Virus record (IMG/VR): IMGVR_UViG_3300027816_002956
Location: 1 to 62,651 of that record
Length of the DNA: 62,651 nucleotides
Strand: one strand, 5' to 3'
From: a virus
Lineage: Duplodnaviria > Caudoviricetes
In this document: positions 29,556-37,267 of the stretch, in pieces
How positions within the stretch are numbered: position 1 is the first letter of the stretch
Layout: every line of letters begins with the position of its first letter
Made by a program: the position numbers and the translations under genes
The notes under the pieces: generated by a model
The model's database searches: none
What the model was told of the DNA's origin: nothing
The model's input: the letters and a program-made list of their open reading frames with translations, nothing else

Positions 29556-30154
29556 TGGGTACCTCTGTACATCAATCACAAAATACGATCATCGAAAACG
29601 ATGATTATAATCCAAATACTGAAAATGATGCTTGGAATATTCGAAGAAGATATGTTGGATTAGCTGCCATTTGGAGTAATCCAAACGCTGGAGATACTGG
29701 TTGTGCTAGAACGCAAACATATAGTACGTCCATAAGAGTTAGAAAATTTTCAGATGCTGGAAGACCTTATAGTGATGGTACTATTCTTGGTCTTACTGTA
29801 AGACAGCCTGTAGACAATCAAGAAATTTTAGCTACAGATTTAGATAATGCAAGACGAATTATCAATGAAGGTGTTGCAGCTGTAAATCAATCTTTTTTAA
29901 ATTCAACAACTGGATTTATTAATCCAGCTTCTGGGTATGCAAGTCGAGATCAAGAAATTTTAGCTTCACACATCAATAATTTAATTAATACTATTATAAT
30001 CACAGAAACTAAGTTAGACATATACAATTCATATTATGATGGAGCTGACTTATGTCAAAGAAGTTGCCAAATACAATGTCAGACAGCATGCCAAACAAGT
30101 TGTCAAGGATGTAATACTTCACAATGCCACAATCAAAAATGTGGAGTGCATTGA
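29555..30154 (+). CDS. Cys-rich putative radical SAM substrate with SCIFF/CxxxC-repeat-like C-terminus
   Basis: Ends CQRSCQIQCQTACQTSCQGCNTSQCHNQKCGVH (8 Cys in 33 aa); start overlaps the rSAM1 stop (TAATG) and the stop lies 1 nt before rSAM2. Confidence 0.85.
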   Translation: MGTSVHQSQNTIIENDDYNPNTENDAWNIRRRYVGLAAIWSNPNAGDTGCARTQTYSTSIRVRKFSDAGRPYSDGTILGLTVRQPVDNQEILATDLDNARRIINEGVAAVNQSFLNSTTGFINPASGYASRDQEILASHINNLINTIIITETKLDIYNSYYDGADLCQRSCQIQCQTACQTSCQGCNTSQCHNQKCGVH

Positions 30155-30155
30155 T

Positions 30156-31481
30156 ATGTTTGATGTAATTTCCAAAGTAACATTAAAACTCAGCACATAT
30201 TGTAATTTAGCTTGTGAGTATTGTCATCAAATGACTGATGATAAAAAACATCATGTTACTTTTGAAAAATATAAAGAAATGTATGACTTTTTACTAAAGA
30301 CAAATTTGTCTGATGTTGTTGAAGTAACTTTAACTGGTGGAGAAATTTCCCTTTTAGAAGAAGAATATGAAACAGCTGTAAAATGGTTCAGAAAGATTGA
30401 AAGACAGAGAGATGTAAAGTTTACTTTTGCTGTTGTTTCAAATGGTACAAATATAAAACAATTATTTAAATTAATAAAACAAGGTGATTTAAATCCTAAA
30501 AGAACAACAATTAGTTGGGATGGATTATACACCATGTCAAAGAGTCGTAAAAGTAAATTTGAAAAATTCAATGATGATTTCTTTAAAAATGTTGTTACTG
30601 AAATTGGCCAAAGTCCATGGGCAAAGCAATTAAACATTACACATGCAATAACACCTACTACCATCCCTTATTTACACGATAGTTTAGTTTTTGCTTTAGA
30701 TGCTGGTGTAAAAAATTTTGGTTTTTATTATATACATGAAGCCGATTATAGCGACAAAGAATTTTTAAAAATTTATGATGAACAAGTTACAAAATTAGGT
30801 GAAGAATTTGTAAAACGATATGAAGATTTGTCAACAAGATTTGTTTATTATAATTGGCAATTATTATATGCTAAAGAAAATTTGCCAACAGATAACAAAG
30901 AATTAATGAGAGCCACAACTCTTTGTCACAAATTAGGAAGAACGGTGCATTTTGACCCATTAGGTGACATTTATGGTTGTATTTATTTTGGAGACCATAG
31001 AGCTCTAAAACTAGGTGATTTGGAAAATGGTAATATAGATAAAACGAAATATCAAAAATTTAGTGATCAATACTTCGAAATGCCAGGTTGCAAATTAGAT
31101 AGTTGTGGCAATTCACATTGTTTTGAATGTCCAGCAAGTAACTATGTACATAAAGGAAAAATGGCGAATAGATTTAGTAACACATGCGAAATGTTATCTA
31201 TTGAAAAAAGAATTTACTATGATTTAAAACCTAAACTTAAAATAGATGAATTTGATAAAGCTTTTTATTGGATGGAAGAAGATCATTTAGAACAAAAAAA
31301 CTATGATGATAAGTATGAAACATATTTAAATGATATAGTAGGTATACCTTTAACTGAGGAAGCTTATGTTGAAGATGATGAGTACTCAAATAGATTAAGT
31401 CCAACGTATAAAAATGTTGTTACTTGGATGAAAAAAACTCCTAAGAAAAAAGAATTTACTCTAAATTTAGAAACCATATGA
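30156..31481 (+). CDS. Radical SAM/SPASM enzyme 2
   Basis: CNLACEYC, TGGEI, VSNG and ISWDG motifs; divergent SPASM CHKLG...YGC...CKLDSCGNSHCFECP...C. Start moved to ATG 30156, with GGAG RBS at 30143. Confidence 0.9.
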   Translation: MFDVISKVTLKLSTYCNLACEYCHQMTDDKKHHVTFEKYKEMYDFLLKTNLSDVVEVTLTGGEISLLEEEYETAVKWFRKIERQRDVKFTFAVVSNGTNIKQLFKLIKQGDLNPKRTTISWDGLYTMSKSRKSKFEKFNDDFFKNVVTEIGQSPWAKQLNITHAITPTTIPYLHDSLVFALDAGVKNFGFYYIHEADYSDKEFLKIYDEQVTKLGEEFVKRYEDLSTRFVYYNWQLLYAKENLPTDNKELMRATTLCHKLGRTVHFDPLGDIYGCIYFGDHRALKLGDLENGNIDKTKYQKFSDQYFEMPGCKLDSCGNSHCFECPASNYVHKGKMANRFSNTCEMLSIEKRIYYDLKPKLKIDEFDKAFYWMEEDHLEQKNYDDKYETYLNDIVGIPLTEEAYVEDDEYSNRLSPTYKNVVTWMKKTPKKKEFTLNLETI

Positions 31482-32767
31482 AAAAGAAGTTTTCAAAAAT
31501 AGGTTCTAATATCAATCATGTTTATCTTATGATGACAGAGGCTTGTCCTTTAGATTGTGAATACTGTTACATAAAAGATAGAAAAACAAAAAACAATGTA
31601 AGTGATGAAGATATTGATACTTTAATAAATGCTTTTGAGTATCATACTCCTAGAATAATTTATTTTGGTGGAGAACCTTTACTCGAAGTTGAACATATAA
31701 AAAGAGTTACTGAAAGATGGAAACATAGGTGTCAGTTTCAAGTTATAACTTCTGGATTAGTAAACTTCGATAAATTTGTTGATGAAGTTTATTTACCTAA
31801 TAAAGAAAAATTTGATATTCAAATATCTTGGGATGGTTTCGAAAATGACAACCGAGTTTTAAGAAATGGTAAAAATAAACAAGATAGAGTTATGGCCACC
31901 ATATTAAGTACCTTAGAAATGGGTATACCTCTACAAGTAAGAAGTGTTATAAATGACGAAAATGTTGATAATCTCGTTAAGATTTATGAGACCTATAGAT
32001 ATTTAAAACTTCAGTATCCACATTTGACGGGTGATATAACTATTGCTCATCAAAAACATTTCAAAGATGATTTTCCAGAAAAGTTTAGGCAACAATTTAA
32101 AACAACACTTGAAATAATTGAAGATGATATTAATAATGGTATAGAGCCTTATTTTCCATTAGAGTACATGAAAAAAATGACTAGTGCGTTAAATGGAAGA
32201 CATGTTAGTTCGTGTGATGCTGGAAATTATTTGGTTTTAAAACCAAGTGGCGCACTATATCCTTGTACAATATTAAGTCAACAAAATGATGATGTTGATT
32301 TTATCATGGGTCATATTTCTGATAGAGACTTAGATTATGATATGATGGATAAAATGCGAAAGCCAAGTGAAGCTGAAATTTGCAAAACTTGTGGAGTTAG
32401 ATCTGTATGTGATGGTGGTTGTCGATATGAAAGAGTTGCAAATTATGGTAAAGATTGGATGGGAAAAGTTTGTGGTTTTACCTGTGGTGTTTCTGAAGCC
32501 TGGTTTCATGAAACAAAAAATTGGGTTTTAAACATGAATGAAAATGTTTATGAAAAAGTAATTCAGAGATTGGTATTATTTAATAATTGGGTTATTCATT
32601 ATGATACTGGTCACCATGACGAAGCAAAAAAACACCAGACTTTTGATAGAGAACAATTGAAATTAGGTAAAAGATTAGATTTTTATAATTTTTATAAAGA
32701 CACTACTGAGAAAAAGATTATACCTATTTTGCCATTGAGTAAAGAAAAAAATGTCTTTGTCACCTAA
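31478..32767 (+). CDS. Radical SAM/SPASM enzyme 3
   Basis: CPLDCEYC, YFGGEP and ISWDG motifs; SPASM SCDAG...YPC...CKTCGVRSVCDGGC...C. Confidence 0.92.
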   Translation: MKKKFSKIGSNINHVYLMMTEACPLDCEYCYIKDRKTKNNVSDEDIDTLINAFEYHTPRIIYFGGEPLLEVEHIKRVTERWKHRCQFQVITSGLVNFDKFVDEVYLPNKEKFDIQISWDGFENDNRVLRNGKNKQDRVMATILSTLEMGIPLQVRSVINDENVDNLVKIYETYRYLKLQYPHLTGDITIAHQKHFKDDFPEKFRQQFKTTLEIIEDDINNGIEPYFPLEYMKKMTSALNGRHVSSCDAGNYLVLKPSGALYPCTILSQQNDDVDFIMGHISDRDLDYDMMDKMRKPSEAEICKTCGVRSVCDGGCRYERVANYGKDWMGKVCGFTCGVSEAWFHETKNWVLNMNENVYEKVIQRLVLFNNWVIHYDTGHHDEAKKHQTFDREQLKLGKRLDFYNFYKDTTEKKIIPILPLSKEKNVFVT

Positions 32768-33983
32768 TTTTAAAAAATCTGTTGATGGTATCGCTAAAGT
32801 AGGTAGACAAAATAAAAGATTTGAAATATTTTTAAATCTTACCTATAAATGCCCTTTGAGATGTACTTATTGTTATGTGGATTACAATAGGGCTCCTCCA
32901 ATGACACAAGAGCAGGTTGATTATGTCATTGAAAAACTTCTCATTGAACCTAAAAAAACTGATATAAAGCTTGTCACCTTTTTTGGAGGTGAACCTGCTT
33001 TAGAGATGGACATCATAGAAAATACCTTAGACAAATATTCTCATGTTGAGAAAATAAAAAATGTTCATTTTGGAATCATAACAAGTTTTTCTGTCAATCA
33101 AGATAGACTTTTAAAGTTACAAAAAAAATATCCAAAATTAGAAATAGCTATAAGTTTTGATGTTGATATGAAAGAAAGAGTCTTTATCAATAAAAAACAA
33201 TTTGATTTATTAGGTGTGGCTAAGAAAAAATTTGATATTGATTTAGAAAAGATGAAAGAAAATAAAAATAATATTTTCTTTAATAAAGTTATTACAGGGC
33301 AAGAAACAGATTTATTTGGTGATTTGAAATGGCTTCACGATACTTATAGGGACTATAAATTATTTTATAGTTTATCGTTTACGAAAACGCCTAAGTTTCC
33401 TTTTCATCCAGAAGGAAGAATAGAGGAAGGTTGGTATAAATATTTAAACTATATTTTTTCTAAGTATTTAACTAATGAAGTAGTATTTTTACCTATGTTA
33501 GTTTTACAATACTTAGATCGTTATTGGAAACAAAAAAAGAACACAGCCACTTCTGGTTGTGGTTTGGGTGGTGAATATTTTATTGATAGTAATGGGACAG
33601 TTAGTCCATGCAGTATAAGTCATCATAGAACAGATTTAATGCTTTATCATGAAGGAAAGTTTCTCGACAATAATGAACACTTTCAAGAATTAGAAGATAG
33701 TTATTGGAACAATCCTACATGTCAGAAGTGTGAATATAAAGGTTTTTGTCCTGGCGGTTGCATGGTTTTTAGGTATACTGAAAATAACGATTACAATATA
33801 CCAAATGAGGGCCAATGTATTTTGATGGAAGAAATTTTTAAGGCCTATGACAGATTTTTAAATGAACGTACAGAAAAAGAAATAACTGAGTTAACTTTTA
33901 TTCTAGCAAAAGATTTACAGAAATATCATTCGTATTGTCATCATGATGATGAACATATAGATTTACAAGCAATTTATAACTAA
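32751..33983 (+). CDS. Radical SAM/SPASM enzyme 4
   Basis: CPLRCTYC, FFGGEP and ISFD motifs; SPASM GCGLG...SPC...CQKCEYKGFCPGGC...C. Confidence 0.92.
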   Translation: MSLSPNFKKSVDGIAKVGRQNKRFEIFLNLTYKCPLRCTYCYVDYNRAPPMTQEQVDYVIEKLLIEPKKTDIKLVTFFGGEPALEMDIIENTLDKYSHVEKIKNVHFGIITSFSVNQDRLLKLQKKYPKLEIAISFDVDMKERVFINKKQFDLLGVAKKKFDIDLEKMKENKNNIFFNKVITGQETDLFGDLKWLHDTYRDYKLFYSLSFTKTPKFPFHPEGRIEEGWYKYLNYIFSKYLTNEVVFLPMLVLQYLDRYWKQKKNTATSGCGLGGEYFIDSNGTVSPCSISHHRTDLMLYHEGKFLDNNEHFQELEDSYWNNPTCQKCEYKGFCPGGCMVFRYTENNDYNIPNEGQCILMEEIFKAYDRFLNERTEKEITELTFILAKDLQKYHSYCHHDDEHIDLQAIYN

Positions 33984-33994
33984 GTGAGAACATT

Positions 33995-35146
33995 ATGCAC
34001 ATTTTTTTACCTGAATTAATATACAATGAAATAAAAGAAAATGATAAATTTAAATCTATTTACAATTCTTTAAATGATTTTTTTGATACAAAAACTAAGT
34101 GTTTAATTGATTACAATAATGAAATCAATAATGATGATTATTATAAAGATTTGAATGATTTTTTAAAGAAAAATTTATCAGAAAAAAATAATAAAATATG
34201 GAATTGTTTTAAAGTCTGTGTAGATTTTGATGAAAAAGATAGTAATAAAGATTGGGAAAAAATTAGAGAAGTAATTGATTCGTGCAAAAAAGACGATGAT
34301 TTAGAAGTAAAATTGTATGCGTACTATATGGAAATGGCAAATACTGCTGATCATGAATCTGAAAAATGGATAGAAAATGTTGAAGAATCTTTAAAATTGT
34401 TCGATCAAAATAAAGATAAAGTTTTTGATACAAGATTGTATACAAAATTTTATTGGGATGTACACGAAAAAAATAATTTTTATTTAAAAAATAAAAAAGA
34501 AAAAGATTTAATTGATGAATTTAAAAATTATCAAAAATTAGATTTAGAAACTAAAGATTTTATATTTTCAAAACATAATGATACATACACTAAAGATATA
34601 ATTAACCATAAAACAATATATACTGCAATTCAATTCTGGCATGCAAATTTAAATTCGGCGGAAAACGATCAAAAAAGTGCTGAATATGTTCTAAAAAAAT
34701 TAGATGATAAAATTGCAAATTTAGATTTCAAATATAATTCTTTTAACATGCATTTAATGGAATGGCTATGGTTAAATTTTAAATGGCATTTAGATAGAGA
34801 TAATATTCTAGCGGTTGATGTGGTAGAAATTATGATACAAATTGTTGAAGAAACATTAAAAAATAAAAATTACATGATAAGATCTTTACGTCATCATAAT
34901 TTTAATTATATTTCTAATTTTTTAATTTTAATGCAAAATTTAAATGAAGTTGAAAAAATCTTTGAAAAAGTGTTAGTAAACTATGAAAGAAAATTAAACA
35001 AATTAAATTGGACAGAAAAAGAATATAAAGTTATTATTGATAATGATCTATCAATTACTAATAACTGGTGGAACGAAAGAAGTAGAACACTCAACAATTA
35101 CAAAGAAAATATGATTTCTTCTATAAAAAATAAATTTTTAGGATAA
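33995..35146 (+). CDS. Hypothetical helical protein, paralog A (rSAM cluster accessory)
   Basis: Long AT-rich ORF; starts MHIFLPELIY and shares the DFKYxxFN motif with the next gene. Confidence 0.75.
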   Translation: MHIFLPELIYNEIKENDKFKSIYNSLNDFFDTKTKCLIDYNNEINNDDYYKDLNDFLKKNLSEKNNKIWNCFKVCVDFDEKDSNKDWEKIREVIDSCKKDDDLEVKLYAYYMEMANTADHESEKWIENVEESLKLFDQNKDKVFDTRLYTKFYWDVHEKNNFYLKNKKEKDLIDEFKNYQKLDLETKDFIFSKHNDTYTKDIINHKTIYTAIQFWHANLNSAENDQKSAEYVLKKLDDKIANLDFKYNSFNMHLMEWLWLNFKWHLDRDNILAVDVVEIMIQIVEETLKNKNYMIRSLRHHNFNYISNFLILMQNLNEVEKIFEKVLVNYERKLNKLNWTEKEYKVIIDNDLSITNNWWNERSRTLNNYKENMISSIKNKFLG

Positions 35147-35149
35147 AAA

Positions 35150-36355
35150 ATGTTAGTTTGGCTACCAGAAAATATCTATCAATTAGTAAAAAATAATTCT
35201 GAATATATTTCAATAATTGAAGAATTAGAAAAAGTTTCTTTTGACGGAGAACTTTCTTCTACTGTACCTGAAAATACTCCAGAAACATGGCCTATCTATA
35301 GAAAATTATATTCATTTTTAAATTCTGTTGAGAAAAATGAGTACGAACAGATTACTTGGGAGTTGAATAAAATTCTATTTGATAAGTTGTTTCTCGAAAT
35401 AGATAATGAAAATTTTTCATATACAGACAAATTATTATCTTTAAAAGATACCTTAGTAAACATAAAAAATAAAATAGATTCTTTAGATGATTCTGTTATA
35501 AAAAACCTTCTAAAAATTAATTTTTTACAATATGAAATTTTAGCTTTGTCTGAAAATAATAGTTTTTTTTCTGCTGATTTGATTGCAAAAAGGCAAGAAT
35601 TGTTATCAACATTTGATTCGATTAAAAAAGAAAATGTGACTTATGATTCTGTAATAGATTATTTTGAAAATTATTTTAATCTATACATGGTAAATTTAAT
35701 AAAAAATGAAAGTTTGGTGGTAAAATCTTTTAATGATTTACAATTAAATTTTAATAAATTTAGAATGGATCTTGATTTAAAAATTGATGAAGTAAAAAAT
35801 TCATCAATTGAACACAACTACTTTAAACTTTTTGATGTTCTAAATTATTTAAAATTGTACTTTATAAACTTTTATTATGAAAGTTTTATACCAATGGTTA
35901 ATTTAACTGATGATGAAAAATTGATAATTGACAAAAATATTGTAAAATATGCAAAGAGTGTAGATTTTAAATACAAAAATTTCAATATTATTACCTTACA
36001 TTTTTATTGGATAAGAATGAAAATGTTTTTTTCATTTAAAGACTATGATCAGTTTTTAAAAGTTTTTAATGAAATGTGTCTATATTTAAAGTTAAATTTA
36101 GATAATAATAAAAAAGATGTGATTAAATCTATAATTTTTCATACGCAATCTGACCACATAGATTTTTTAATTTTGATCAAAGTTTTATTAGAATTAGATG
36201 AGGAAATGAGTAAATTTTTTAAACAAGAAAAACAATTAGAAAATTTAAATTTATCTGAAAAAGATATTACTTTGATAAATGCAAATAATGATAACTATAA
36301 AAATTCATCTTACTTTTTTGATATTAATTTCATAAAGAATAGGTTCTATGGATAA
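35150..36355 (+). CDS. Hypothetical helical protein, paralog B (rSAM cluster accessory)
   Basis: Starts [10 protein letters not shown], contains DFKYKNFN and ends IKNRFYG (paralog A ends IKNKFLG); overlaps erpA. Confidence 0.75.
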   Translation: MLVWLPENIYQLVKNNSEYISIIEELEKVSFDGELSSTVPENTPETWPIYRKLYSFLNSVEKNEYEQITWELNKILFDKLFLEIDNENFSYTDKLLSLKDTLVNIKNKIDSLDDSVIKNLLKINFLQYEILALSENNSFFSADLIAKRQELLSTFDSIKKENVTYDSVIDYFENYFNLYMVNLIKNESLVVKSFNDLQLNFNKFRMDLDLKIDEVKNSSIEHNYFKLFDVLNYLKLYFINFYYESFIPMVNLTDDEKLIIDKNIVKYAKSVDFKYKNFNIITLHFYWIRMKMFFSFKDYDQFLKVFNEMCLYLKLNLDNNKKDVIKSIIFHTQSDHIDFLILIKVLLELDEEMSKFFKQEKQLENLNLSEKDITLINANNDNYKNSSYFFDINFIKNRFYG

Positions 36356-36683
36356 TTCTCAAATTACGATAACAGATAATGCTGCCTTTAAAATTGCAGA
36401 AATTATAAAAGATTCTGAAGCTGAAGGTCAATTTATTAGAACTTTTGTTCAAGGAGGCGGTTGTTCTGGTTTTCAGTATGGTTTTACTTTTGAAAATGAA
36501 ATAAATGATGATGATTTTGTGGTTGAAAAAAATGACATAAAATTACTCGTTGATAGTATGAGTATGACATATTTAACTGGTGCAAAAATAGATTACAAAG
36601 AAGATTTAAATGGATCACAATTTGTCATTGAAAATCCTAACGCTCAGTCCACATGCGGTTGTGGGAGTAGTTTCTCAGTTTAA
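36348..36683 (+). CDS. erpA: A-type iron-sulfur cluster carrier (ErpA/IscA/HesB family)
   Basis: [29 protein letters not shown] and [14 protein letters not shown]; all three Cys ligands are present. Confidence 0.95.
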   Translation: MDNSQITITDNAAFKIAEIIKDSEAEGQFIRTFVQGGGCSGFQYGFTFENEINDDDFVVEKNDIKLLVDSMSMTYLTGAKIDYKEDLNGSQFVIENPNAQSTCGCGSSFSV

Positions 36684-36686
36684 ATT

Positions 36687-36736
36687 GCCAGTTTGACTAA
36701 ATAGACGATAAATGTCTTTTAGGAGTCTCAATTGGC
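36687..36736 (+). promoter_or_regulatory. Late promoter-like ACTAAATA (36696-36703) within a hairpin that pairs with the AGGAG RBS and TTG start of the next gene
   Basis: GCCAGTT.GACT (36687-36698) pairs with AGTC..AATTGGC (36724-36736); there is also an inner AGAC/GTCT stem. Confidence 0.55.
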
Positions 36737-37064
36737 CGAATTTGTCGAACTAACCCTCGAACAGGGTGCAACTTTCAATACAGTAATTAATGTAAATGAT
36801 GGTACCGGCTCTCCTCAAAATCTAGTTGGATACACGGCACGCTCAATGATGCGCCGGTCCTACTATACTTCCTCATCCAAAGAATTTCAAGTTTCTGTTT
36901 CAACACCAGCCTTAGGTGAAATAACCATGTCTATGTCTGCGGCCAATACTGCAAATTTGACTCCAGGAAGATATGTTTATGATGTGGAGATAGATGATGG
37001 TGCAGGTGAAGTTACAAGAATTTTTGAAGGTATTATTACCGTTTTGCCTAACGTAACGAGATAA
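36732..37064 (+). CDS. Small beta-sandwich virion-associated protein
   Basis: TTG start with AGGAG RBS; EQGATF...GYTARSMMRRSY...GRYVYDVEI...RIFEG.ITV.P.VTR, a family I recognise from tail regions of T4-like phages. Confidence 0.72.
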   Translation: MAEFVELTLEQGATFNTVINVNDGTGSPQNLVGYTARSMMRRSYYTSSSKEFQVSVSTPALGEITMSMSAANTANLTPGRYVYDVEIDDGAGEVTRIFEGIITVLPNVTR

Positions 37065-37066
37065 AA

Positions 37067-37267
37067 ATGGCTATCACAGTACAAGTAAAACCTAGAAAAA
37101 CTACTATATCTTCTGTAACTGTTGCAAGAACAGCTAACCTCAATCTTGCACAAATTAATAATGTTGATATTATTACGCCTGCAAATAATCAAGTTTTGAT
37201 GTATGAGACTGGTACTGAACGTTGGGTAAATAAAGAAATTCCAACAATTAGTGGCGGTACATTCTAA
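37067..37267 (+). CDS. Small hypothetical fibre-associated protein
   Basis: Tightly coupled 66-aa ORF ending ISGGTF, with an L....NV......NNQVL.Y.....W.N motif. Confidence 0.65.
   Translation: MAITVQVKPRKTTISSVTVARTANLNLAQINNVDIITPANNQVLMYETGTERWVNKEIPTISGGTF

Noticed and set aside
30036-30155. ORF-track start of rSAM2 at 30036, implying a 119-nt overlap with the Cys-rich gene
   Set aside because: The ATG at 30156 lies 1 nt after the precursor stop, has a GGAG RBS and begins just before the rSAM fold; the extension is the alternate frame of the Cys repeats.
28131-33983. rSAM genes as anaerobic sulfatase maturases, PqqE/NirJ/MoaA cofactor enzymes or QueE-type DNA-modification enzymes
   Set aside because: No sulfatase or pqq/moa/que partner genes are in the window, and a Cys-repeat substrate gene is translationally coupled inside the cluster. 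Not formally excluded without a phylogeny.
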